From Balanoglossus misakiensis (taxonomy: Eukaryota; Animalia; Hemichordata): a DNA stretch of 64,000 nucleotides. Below, one piece after another: positions 40,540 to 52,253 of this stretch (its first letter is position 1; each line of letters starts with the position of its first letter). A model generated the notes under the pieces. The model had not been told where the DNA came from. It worked only from the letters and a program-made list of their open reading frames with translations, and made no database searches. The stretch is from assembly GCA_040954595.2 (NCBI GenBank), contig CM082577.2, forward strand, positions 3,782,305 to 3,846,304. The letters run 5' to 3'. Both the position numbers and the translations under genes were made by a program.

Positions 40540-43500
40540 TCGGTGACACGCGTCATTATTTAGTGCAATTTTCCGAGTGATTTTTTTTTATGAAAATGGT
40601 AATCAGATTTCTACTCCACCTAAAGGGCTGCGGGGCAAGAAAAATGCGCTTCAAATGCCCCCATAAGAGCTAATTTTGAAAGTATTAGTGGGCAATGGCG
40701 GAAAAGGGATGTCAGTTTACCCAGCAAGGCTAACAGCATTTTTTATCAATCAAATTAGCGTCATTAGAGCTGTCAAGTTGATCACTTGTAAAAGTGCCTG
40801 ACAAGTCGTGCTTATCGTGTTCTCTTGTCACCGGCAATCTGACGTCATCGAATTGTTGACAACACCGAGCCCCGGCGGTTATAGAGTTACGGCATATCCA
40901 GACATTTATGAACAGTGCAATAATCATTTACATAATAATATCCCTTCTTTGCCATTTTTGAGTTTCTCAAGCCATATTAAATCCAGTAATTTCATGCATC
41001 TCTTTGGTTAGTTCAATAATTCAAAAATGTCTATCTTGCCTACTTGACAAAAGTTCCTGACTATTAAATAACCGGTTAGACATATGTTCCATTGAACAGT
41101 GTATTATTAGCCCCTTCATTCGAAATATTACCTTTTCCCTGTAAAATGCACACCTTCGCGAACTAATTGAAGACATCGTTGTCATCATTCCTCTTAACTT
41201 CAAATGCTACACTCAGCTGTCTGCGATCAGATTGTATAGCAGTTGACCACGCATCATCGGTTGGCATGGCATTGCTATGGTTTGCGTATTATCGGAGGAA
41301 GATGGATGACGTCTCATTACAAGAAGATCATATTATTGGGTAAATCCATAAAAATGACGGACATTGCCGGGGAATAATTTATGGAGTCGATCCAGCAAAA
41401 GCTGGGCAACTGACCTTGAGAATCGCTCCCCCATTTCTGCGATCAGATAGCGGCGACGACCATTAATCACGAGCAATGAGGACATCGCGGCACACCTGCT
41501 TTTATTATTTGCTTTATAATTATGGGATATAGGAAGTCGTAAATCTGTGTTAGCTGTAACTCTGTACCATCATGTTTATTTCATATTTTCGCGTTGTCAG
41601 TGAGAGGTAAATTATGTCATTGGTGCGTAATCTTTCTGTTTAGGTCTTCATGTCTCCTGAGCCACTCCTATAATCATCTCTACATCATGTATATATCTTC
41701 ATATCTCTCTATCTATCTGTCTGTCTAAATATCTATCTGGTCATATACTTTAATATGCCCCTAGCACTGTTCTAAAATATATTTGAAAATTTACTCACAG
41801 TTTCGTAATAATGGCAGTAAAATTGAACTTTTTGTAACAAAATGTATTATTCCACAAATCTGCATCAAAGGTTGTCGCGATGACTTTATTTGCATCGCAG
41901 GAATTGGCGGCTTGTGTTTGTCTTGCACTGTTCCACGAAAGCAGCGGTCGGTACATTGGCATTGTTAGCATTGTTGTCAGTATTCAACAAAGAAATGTCA
42001 CGTACTGTTTTCATCCGGGAAAATGCGGTGAATTGGAGTTTAACTAGGAAAGCATTATGTCACGTAGTCTCAGTGACGAAAGCAATGTTTTTGGTCTAAT
42101 GGCGGACACTGCATCCTCAGAAACGCCAAGAGGGACAGCGCACAACATGCAAACATCGCAATCTGTCATGATAACTCACTCGTCGTATTTACAGAGGAAA
42201 TCCCAACTGACGCCCGGATGTGCACCCCTGACTTGAACTTCCTGGCATGTAAAGATTCATCATGGGGTAAAACCAATCGCTCGTGGTGCAATATTTACGA
42301 TGTATTTTACGGGCGGAACAACACTAGATCACTCAGGATTGGAAAAGGGAATCGTGATCTGTTTCCGAGTGAGTCGTCTTTCATCTCACCACACAACGTC
42401 TCACCCTCTGGCGCTTTTTTCTCTTCCACAAATGGACTTTCAAACAGCGACGTAATGATCGGCGACGCCCTCTGGGAAAACAAACAACATTTTCATCCGA
42501 GACCTTTATGGACTGCACAATGTGTTCTATAATACTATGCGGTGACTACAGGCCGTTCAAAGTTTGCGACAATGGGATTTAAATAATCCGGGAGTTCCTT
42601 TCGAAATACCAATAGGTGGGAATATTTTTTTAAGCGGAAACAAGGCTATGTATCAGCATCATCATTAACATTCAATGACACGGCTTCATGGCCTCATGGC
42701 TTTAGGTAAAATCGCAGTCTTTCAATATTAAGTACTTCCACTGCCTACACATAACGAAACGGAACCCACACCATGATCTAAATGCGCCATAAGCTCTTGG
42801 CTATTACTTTTAATAATGATAGAATATGGCACATAAAATCTTATTAATAATGTATGAACATTTTAACTAATCACGTATGGAATCTTTGATTCATTGCTTT
42901 GTATAATTAATCAGTTATGTTTTATTCTTATTGAAATTTGATAAGTGACCTTAAATTCTAGGATTTAATAGCGATAAGCATAAATTGTTGAAAATGTCAT
43001 CAACATTTATGTTTCTCGATAACTAGCGCCCCCATATCATAATGCTCTAATACCGGACAATCCACTAAAACTGGAGGAAACGACTCGTTGATATTTATGA
43101 ATATTTGCTCATGCATTAAGAGTTGTGTGTGGGTATATCCATCAATACGAAAAACTGACGCCATCTTTTGTTGACAACTATTTTCACATCCTATGCAAAT
43201 GTCTCTAATAGACGAGAATTTGTAGTGGCCACAGTAAGGCGGGAAACTGAACTCTACCGTCTGCTTGATTCGCTCACTGTCCAGAGAGACGTGACGGTTC
43301 ACGTATTACGTTTATCTGATGCCTTTCTATACATCGCCCATTTTCTTTTGACGGTGTCTATGTCACGTGGCGGAAGGATCTGCGATGCATTAATTGTGTT
43401 ACATATTCTACCGGCGTCCCAGTGGCACATCATCAGCTCAGATTTCGTCTTGGAGAATATCCCGAGTCAAATTGTCCGTGGCTGTGTTTGTGGCTTCGCA

Positions 43501-46500
43501 AAGACTTTTTACAGTCGCGCTTTATCATCACGATCAAAGGATAACTCCATTGCTTTCAAGACAATTAAAGTAACATTGGAAGAAGTATTCGTGCTTTGAA
43601 ATTGTCAGTGCACAATGTTAAACCGTGCTTCCTTTTCCAAAGATTGGAATTTTATCTCGGCTTTAATACTAACTGAAAATTAACTTTGCCGAAGCGAGTC
43701 TGTCAATTGAAAACCAAATATTTGAAAAGGGACATACCATACACAATCTTCAACAGAGCAAGGAATGCCTTTGGGAAGATTAAGTGGAATGTCACTTATC
43801 TGTAAATCCTTCCCCAAGGTCTGGATAACAGCGGAGTAGGATCGGTGGATTGTTTATAATTTTCAGAAAGATTTTTCTTTCAAGGACCGAGAAGTCTTAT
43901 CACCGGCACAATACAGCAAAGGAGAGACCGCCCCAGTTCCGATGCGACCTCCAGTCTGACATAGGCCGATTAAAAACCCTTTACCCTGCCATAGATGTTC
44001 ATGTACATATACGTTGTATACGTGTGTCTGCACCCGACCCCATATTTTCCAGAAACAGCGCTATCTGAAATCACCTTCATGTCAAAGAATTGACAGGTAA
44101 CAGACCAAAATCATATCTCTGCCGGGGATTTCCCATTTGGAAAATAGATGAGGTGCCCAACTATAATCTACATCTTAATATCCGTTGTTTGCAAACCTTA
44201 TAAAAATTACATGGAAATGATATCATTAATCAATTTCACTTGCAGAGATTACAATTGCGTTCTCTATTAACACCGGCCATGTAACCTGAACTAAAGAGAT
44301 GACGATGATGTATTAGTTGCCAATTTAAACACAGCCGTGCCATTATTTCTCCTATATGTTTAAAAAAATTATTTCGATCCTAAAGGGAAGGTTACAGTGT
44401 TGATTCCGAAGTTTTAACAAAATTAACCATAAACTGTCCCTTTTATGACAATAACAACAACAAACACTGAAACCGCCATCACAAACAACTACACGGGCGC
44501 CATCATCAATGTCACCATTACGTCACAGTCAACGACGCTGTCTTCCACTGATAAACTGTACGTCACATATCGCGCTTTGCTTTATGGGATTGCAAATAAG
44601 TTTATTTTGTAAAATAGTCGACTCGGAGATTTTTTGTCTCTCTCTCTCTCAAGGATGGCAGCTGTATACAGAAATAATGGTTGCAGTTGCCTTTCTGACA
44701 GCACTTTTGTCATTGTCCATTATTATGTTAATACACAGCAATGATAATTACTCTACAAGATGAGTGTAAATCACCCCCCTGTAGTTGTAACACTACTTAG
44801 TTATAATTGATGACCATAATCGGCCTCCGTTAATTGAAAATGCGCAGAAGCGTCCAATTAATTCTGCAGTGGCTGTTAAATGCAATTAAAGAACTGAATT
44901 ATGTTTATACTCGAATTATGATGGAGCTTGTGGAACTGTTCTCCTGACAACCCAAATCCAGTGAGTTACGTCACCGCCACGTACGTCACCGTCAGACGGC
45001 TTCTTTCAAGTAGACGTCATGACGTATGCCCGTGATTTCTTCCTTGGTTGACTGTGGCTAGACGTGTGTTTGCTGCCCAGCTCGTTTTGAAATTAAGATG
45101 GGCATTCTGAGAGTTTCGATATGAAGGTTTTACAACATGCCGTGCCCGTGGACTCTTGTGACGTTTGCCGCGCTCGTAAAAATCCCAAATGTCAATTTGA
45201 ATTTTTAATGCCCTTATGCTTGGTAACGTTTTATGCGATTCAGCGGAATATTTATCGTCTGAAGTTAACGGACACGGTTGTTTGCGGTTAAAGTTGCATT
45301 AAGTTCTCGTCTTGGTCGCAAGAAAAAAGACGTGATCATTGACCCCCGGCAGCTTGTGATGAACTGTTCCGTTCGAGTGATATCCGACAGAACGTGAAAT
45401 GGTACTGTTGCGGGGGTTGTAATGTGTTTCCCCCGGCTTACAGTGATACCGTGTACGATACGGTCAGTGAGTTGATATTTCTTACTGACGCAACCAATGA
45501 TGTGCTTTTGTATAATCTGCCCTGACATTCCACATTTCTATCAAAGTGAGAGTTTATCTTGAAATGAAGGCTGTAATCATATGTGAATTGCATTCTACAA
45601 GATTTCCAGTTGAGAAATGGTATTACAAATTATTAAAAAAACATTGGTTGGGGAGACTGCATGTACGTTCCCGTGCCGACCTTACCAAGTCACGTGGGCA
45701 GGACGATGCACCATCAGGCTTTGAAACAATAGTTGTAGGCTGGACGTACATGTTTTTATGGACAGGGGGTTGACTGCATCATCATTCAAGTTCCCTAGTC
45801 AGAAATGTCAGTATGATGCCACAGTGAAATGTCCATGCTAAACTCCCTTTTTGAACTCATGTCTGTTGTTCAGGTTTAGTTCTGAAAGACTTAACTCGTG
45901 ACAGCCTCATTAATTTCAAATAAATGTGTTTGACGACAGGAGCAATCCATATTTCAAATTTCTTGGGCAATATATTCTGAATCGCTCAGTGGCGACGCGT
46001 AATTTGTTTTGAGGGCAGTGCTCAATGCCTTCGTAAACTCGAATATGTCTTCTGTATTCATTTCCTGGGTGTTAAGTCTGCGTCATTATGCACGTCTTTA
46101 ACTTGTTCGGCGGAATCAGTCTGTCGATAAGGCTCTCTTGGCTTTCCAGTCGCGTTTACCTCAACACGTACCGAAGCCCCGGGGTATATTAAAAGTGCAA
46201 GTGGCGTAGTAACATGGCGGCCATCTTGACAGGCCGCTCGCGCGACCAATCTGCAACGTTAAAAGGCTTGGTTGCATCCACATTTAGTCATCGCTCGTTC
46301 GAGGAATACTTAAAAGCCTCGTTGCTATTTTTTTTATTCTTTGCTGTTTCATAATACAGACTTGAAAACGTACTTTTCATGATGAGCATTTGTCGACATA
46401 GCCCGCTGAAATACCTGCACATTTTTTTAACAATACAGAGCGGACGATCAAATCAGTTTTACATGGGCACTGCCGATGACAAGATAAAATCCACACACTT

Positions 46501-47263
46501 TTCAGATTGGCATTATCCTTTTAAATAAAGGGAAGGACAACTGGGTTCTGGAACCGGAAATTAGACATGAATAATCGTGATTTAGTGAATGTTCATTATT
46601 ACACCTCTCGCGTGTTGACGACAAACAGTGTCTGGTCTTTTATCTTCTGTCCTGCTATCTTTAGATTTTTTCCTCGATGAGTATCAATTCAGTGCATTTA
46701 TTTGGTTATTAAAGAAAACAAACCCTCGAGGCGGGATATATTAATGTTATCCAGTGAATGGTGCGCGCGAAAGAGCGAAATCGAAGCAAAAGAAATGTCA
46801 GAGCACGCCATAAATCACAGAATTTAGACATACTTGATAGTGACAAGCGCTGCCGACTACAATTTCAAAAAAATGGTTGATGTCAGCGATTTCCCTCCAT
46901 TTTCAATAACGATGGGACAATTACACCCGCAGGTCATCGCAGATACACGTTAGTCGTCAAAAACGTCGCTAACAATAAATCATTTGTTGGCGAGGGAAAT
47001 TTCCTGTTTATGCGTTATGGCGACTTTTCGCAGCGCAACGAACGAGAGCAATCATGGCAAAATGGCTCCGAAACGCACCAGATATATAGCAACATGATCA
47101 GAAGACATTTATCTAAAGATTTTTTTTTAGGTGTACGGAACAATTCCGCGCGCAAAACAGCGCGGCAGTTCCCGCGTGACAGGCTACTACTACTGCAAGC
47201 GACCACCAGCACCATCTCAAAATTCACATAATTCTCTCTTATTTTTCTTCTTTCTCTTTCAAG

Positions 47264-47466
47264 GTTGGTGTCAGCGTCAAGGGGAAAGTCACGGTGGACG
47301 GCGTCACGTGGCTTGGCCACTCGAAGATCAAGCCCAAAAATCTGACGCCGCACAGGACGATACGAGTGACCACAATTTACGAGGAGTCGTTCGTGCGAGG
47401 TATCGCCACCACCGACGGCGAATGTCACGTGGGAGAGAAGTGCTTACGGAGGAACGACACAGGGGG
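47264..47466 (+). CDS. GRIN2: GluN2-like coding exon 3: ATD-S1 linker and start of S1 (loop 1)
   Basis: Long pyrimidine tract then AAG|GTT; translates VGVSVKGKVTVDGVTWLGHSKIKPKNLTPHRTIRVTTIYEESFVRGIATTDGECHVGEKCLRRNDTGG (this frame is not in the ORF track); donor GG|GTAGGC, phase 2. Confidence 0.88.
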
Positions 47467-48888
47467 GTAGGCACAATTCACAATCTACCAGAGATCTAAT
47501 ACTAACAGTGACAGCATCAAGTTGAATTTCTTGCATCCACTGCAAGTTGAACTCAAGAGGGCGCTAGACTTTAAAAGAACACATTTCGCGCCATAAAATC
47601 TCGTCTCATTGCTCAGTAGGACACACACAAAATCCTTGATACCCAAAGGGCATACCTATAATAACATCTTTTTGGTTTGAATTCGAACGGTAATACGCCC
47701 AGGGGCGTTCAATTATATCTTGCTGTAGATTAAAAATCGTAATCTTAATGATACGTTTTAAAGTATAGGACGTCATGAGTAGTCGTCGGCAGGTACCAGC
47801 CACGTGTTATACCCACGGCGGGTCTCTTCAGGGAACTTTCTTTTTATGTGACGCGTGCGCAGGTGACATTTCGGCGAATAAATATCAGAGGAAAGATGGG
47901 CGTTATTGTTACATTCTATAAGCTGCCGTTCAGGGTCATTCTGGCACATATGTCGTGCCACACAGGACGCGAAGAAATGTAGACAAGAGGGGGACCGATT
48001 TATCAATAATTAATTTAAGCCATAATTATATTTTTGATATTTTATGACATTCACTTAAAGAAGTATATTTTACTTTGTATACATAAATCCAGGCTCATAA
48101 AATTTTATAGGTGATTACTATCACTGTTGATGAATATTTATTTATGTGTAATATCGGATATAGCACACATTTTATTATGAAAAAAGGAACGGACAAAATT
48201 GGGAGTTGAGATTTGCTGACGGGCAAAATCGTGAACTCTTTCCAACTGGCAAATGAACACCTTCGGTTTACTTTTACACAAGATTGAGTTCACAATACAC
48301 GAGGGAGACACACAGTATATATTTTCGATAATTTTGGTTCTGTTGGTGTTGGATACCGCTGCGCTGCATTTGGTGGACCAAAAATGAATGGTCTGGCAAC
48401 CTGACACCGAGAAACGAAATCTAGACGCATATTTGCCGCGAAGCGTCAATCGCAGACACGCAGACGCGGATTAAACTACATGGGTGTGTGACACAGATAT
48501 ACGGGAAGGCCTAACATTAAGACTGGTTTGTATCAGATGGCATCCCGGAGCACTGCAACCCTGTTATCTTAAATATCAATGCGCTGTGGCACTTCGGGCG
48601 ACGATTTGCATGTAATGTCATGACTCGCACGGCGCCCTCAGGGGTTGCACATCTGTTCGGCCGGGGGACACGGTTTAATTCGATGGCTACGTTGCCTTTA
48701 CGGATTTTGCCCGTAAATGGAGCGGTTTAAATAACTGCATTTGCGCCGAGACAAAAGCCTTGCTTCTATCAACCAGTGCGACAAGCTCAAGCTCGTGTCT
48801 TCAGAGCGTTGAGGGCGCACGACCGTGATTTGCTTTGCGAGATGAGCTATGCTGAACTTACATCTCTCTCTCTCTCCCTTACCCACAG

Positions 48889-49196
48889 GGGATATTATTA
48901 CGAGTGTTGTGTCGGAGTTTGCATCGACATATTGACACAACTGTCAAAAGACCTCGACTTCCATTTCCTGCTGCACGTCGTTGAGGACGGCAAGTTCGGC
49001 AAAATTGACGAGAACGGCAGGTGGAACGGCATGATAGGCGACATACTGGAGGGCAGAGCCGACGCCGCAATCGCATCTATGCAAGCCACCAAGGCACGGG
49101 CAGAGGTCGTTGACCTCTCCGTGGCGTTCATGGAGACGGGAATAAGTGTGATGGTCAAAAAGGGCGAAGGGATGGTACCGTCTGACGCTTTCCTAG
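48889..49196 (+). CDS. GRIN2: GluN2-like coding exon 4: S1 ligand-binding segment to pre-M1
   Basis: ECCVGVCIDILTQLSKDLDF..EDGKFG..WNGMIGDILEGRADAAIASMQATKARAEVVDLSVAFMETGISVMV..AFL; acceptor after a (CT)n tract, donor G|GTAACT, phase 2/1. Confidence 0.95.
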
Positions 49197-49585
49197 GTAA
49201 CTATAAGATATATCTATCACAAAAAACAGACCCCCCTCCCCCTCATCCTTATTTTCTGCGGGCCTACTCAGTTGCAAATTTCGAGAAACCAGTTGTGAAC
49301 TAGCTTCTTTGGATCTCAGAGCGTCAGAGCCCGTCAACTAATACGTGTATTCTAATCTCTGGCCCATGCATGGCCAATCACTCCGAGTGTTCAGATATCA
49401 CCGTTTTACCGAAAACCGAAACATGTCTTTTCTGCTAAGTTTTGCATATAGGGCGCGCGCGCACAACGTACATTGTAATTGGAATCGACACATGGTTTTC
49501 AACATGAATTCACTTGTTTTCACACACAAAAATGTGATTCCAAACTTCGCTAATATTCTGCCCTTTTCTTTTGTCTTCATTTCAG

Positions 49586-49711
49586 CACCGTTTGATTATA
49601 CCGTGTGGCTGTTTCTTACCTTGTTTACCGTGAACTTAGTGGCAATTATAATTTTTATGTTCGAGTGTTTGAGTCCAGGTGGCTACGATAGAAATATCTG
49701 GGAACCCAGAC
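49586..49711 (+). CDS. GRIN2: GluN2-like coding exon 5: M1 helix
   Basis: APFDYTVWLFLTLFTVNLVAIIIFMFECLSPGGYDRN; ttcag| acceptor, C|GTGAGT donor; 126 nt, phase 1/1. Confidence 0.95.
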
Positions 49712-50109
49712 GTGAGTACAATTTGCATACTGTATTTGTGCGTGCAGTTTAAACTCTTGCTGGGCCCGATTCCCTCCAGAAGAGTCTAGTGTTTTCCTAA
49801 AGTTCCTCTAGTAGCAAAAATATGTACTTACAATTTTCTACGACAACGCTGTTATCTGCAGACATTACTTCAACACATATCAGCCCTCTCTATACTTGAT
49901 AGGGTGGGTCTTCCCTGAAATAGAATCCAACGAAGCCGTTAGTGCTGTCAATGGCTAACTGGTTTATTTAGCCTTCACTCATAGACAGTCCAACCATATC
50001 GTTGACACCAAATGACGAGACTTAATCGTAGCAGGAGGGAGTTGTGATGATAATTCCTGATAATTTAATAATCAGGAATTATCAACATGTGGTGCAGTGG
50101 TTTATAACG

Positions 50110-50305
50110 TTAAGGTACACAGTCACCTAATAGTATGCAAATTTAGCCATAATTACCATGGCAAGTTTAGATCTAGCGAATCACAGATTTTCAGTGGGGT
50201 GACACACGAAAAAGGTGCGCCCATATGTAATCATTCGAAGATCTAAGGCTCGCCCTTTTGACCATGTATGGGCATAAGTAATTTATAGGTATTGTATTCC
50301 TTTAA
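50110..50305 (+). mobile_element. MITE family A, copy 1 (intron 5), near full length
   Basis: Imperfect TIRs TTAAGGTACACAGTCACCTA / TAGGTATTGTATTCCTTTAA. The core AAATTTAGCCATAATTACCATGGCAAGTTTAGATCTAGCGAATCACAGATTTTCAGTGG recurs at 53.6-53.9 kb and 58.6 kb. Confidence 0.7.
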
Positions 50306-50371
50306 CTGATTATGAATCTTATCCGCTGACGCTATTGCGGCGTTTCTTTTCATTTTCTGTTTTCCCCCCAG

Positions 50372-50592
50372 CTTCCAGATTCACATTGGGAAGTTCCTTC
50401 TGGATAGTGTGGGCGCTGCTCTTTAATAACACGGTGCCACTGAAGCCGCCCAAAGGTTACACTGCCAAGTTCATGACCAACATGTGGGGCTGCTTCTGTC
50501 TCATCTTTATAGCAATGTACACCGCCAATTTAGTGGCCCATCTCATTCAAGAGAAGACGCACGACAAAATTACGGGGATTCTCGATAAAAAG
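50372..50592 (+). CDS. GRIN2: GluN2-like coding exon 6: M2 pore loop and M3 gate
   Basis: FTLGSSFWIVWALLFNNTVPLKPPKGYTAKFMTNMWGCFCLIFIAMYTANLVAHLIQE..ITGILDKK; ccag| acceptor, AAG|GTCAGT donor. Confidence 0.96.
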
Positions 50593-50844
50593 GTCAGTGT
50601 CGTCCATAGCTTACTAGTAGTGCAGACTCATTCAAAACAAACCACGACCCCGGTCAGATTTCTTCAACTGAGAGAAAACTACCTATTTAACCGTATTCTA
50701 CACCCTGATATCACAAGTAAAACACTGCTGTGTCACGTGTGGGCAATACTGTTATTACTCAGTCTAGCAGAAGAGCGCCACCAACGTGGATTTCCAAAAA
50801 CTGCGCTCCGTTTTACGTTCGTTTTGTATTCGTTCTCGTTACAG

Positions 50845-51005
50845 ATTCAGCAGCCGTATTCGGCAAACCCAGCACTGAAATACGCCACGGTGGGATCGAC
50901 CATGATTGAGTCGTACATAAATCGCACAAACAAAAAAATGTTCGATTACATGCAGCAGTATAATAAAAATTCATCAAAAGAAGCATTATTAGCTCTTAAA
51001 AGAGG
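50845..51005 (+). CDS. GRIN2: GluN2-like coding exon 7: first part of S2
   Basis: IQQPYSANPALKYATVGSTMIESYINRTNKKMFDYMQQYNKNSSKEALLALKRG; acag| acceptor, GG|GTGAGT donor; 161 nt, phase 0/2. Confidence 0.93.
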
Positions 51006-52071
51006 GTGAGTTGATTTTATTGTAAATGCATGCATTTTACGTCAAAATGGAACAGCTAATTCAAAATATTAAACAGAAAAAATTATAAATACGGCGCATT
51101 TAAATCAAAATTACAAAAAAACTTATCATAAATTTAATTATAAACTGCAATCACTAAATATCGCGCCCGTTGTGATAAATTCTGTTGAGCACTATTTTGA
51201 ATAGTGATTTATGCATTTTTTTTTTACATTGGGCGAATGATCCCCTAGGCGAGGATGTAAAGTGGAATAGAGGCTCAATAGAATTATTATTAAATTTCAA
51301 TTCAATTATGTTGCTTGTGTTGCCCCTGCAGGGCGTATCTGTGGATCTAGTTCCACCATCTCTGCGAGTAGCGCGGTGTGCTGCATGACAACAGCGAAAT
51401 GGTTTATCGACATAACGACATTGGAGGCGGTCTCTGTCATTTTTTGCGCGCCATTTAACATTTAGGTCAATGTGACTGCACTTGAGCACGCCATAAAAAT
51501 TTTACAGCTGTTGTAATTATCCTTTTACGACAAAAAGATGACACAGCAACATAATTAAGAAACCCATCGACGTTGTGAGCACCATGGAAACATGTTTTGT
51601 CCGTTCAAGCATGTGTCGACGAGGTTAAGCGTTACGGTGTCTGATCGATTGCAACATGCACTTTGTTCAGTCATGGATGCGAGCATTCACGGTTCAGCGA
51701 AGTCAGAGATGCAGATATTTTTGGGAATTTTCCAGGTCTTTCTTTCAATATACGCATGCAGGCAGTTATTAACCGGGGATCATAATGAACACAACCACAA
51801 CATATTAGAGGCCACAGAACGAGTAACTGTCATCGCAATATAGGCCCTACATGTACATGTAATTTCTGGCAATGAGAACGTTTCAGAAAACAGGTGCCAA
51901 ATTCCGGCATTCGTGCACCGACTCAATAGGCACCGACACAATGCATAGACAGGTACCCAAGGTGAGCTTTTGACGGGGGAAAATGAAAACTTTTTAAAGC
52001 ATGTCACAGACCCTTTAATTAATACACCCCTCTGATTTAAATTATTTGTTTTTGTATATCTCTATCACCAG

Positions 52072-52253
52072 GGAGTTAGATGCGTTCATTTACGGAGCCG
52101 CGATGTTACGCCACCAAGCGGCCAAAGACAAGGATTGTGATTTGCGTGTGGTCGGCGAGACGGTCGCTCACTCCGGTTACATTATAGCGATGACAAAGGG
52201 TTCGCACTGGAGAGAGCCGATCAACCAGCAAATTTTAAAATATATTGATACAG
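52072..52253 (+). CDS. GRIN2: GluN2-like coding exon 8: second part of S2
   Basis: ELDAFIYGAAMLRHQAAKDKDCDLRVVGETVAHSGYIIAMTKGSHWREPINQQILKYIDT; ccag| acceptor, G|GTTTGT donor, phase 2/1. Confidence 0.94.

Noticed and set aside
47261-47269. AG|GT junction at exon 3 (AAG|GTTGGT) as a second recursive site
   Set aside because: GTTGGT is a weak donor and is dictated by the conserved Val-Gly codons.
52094-52096. Possibility that A-to-I editing restores the Asp at the D731-equivalent position
   Set aside because: The genomic codon is GGA; A-to-I editing yields GGG (still Gly) and cannot give GAC or GAT.
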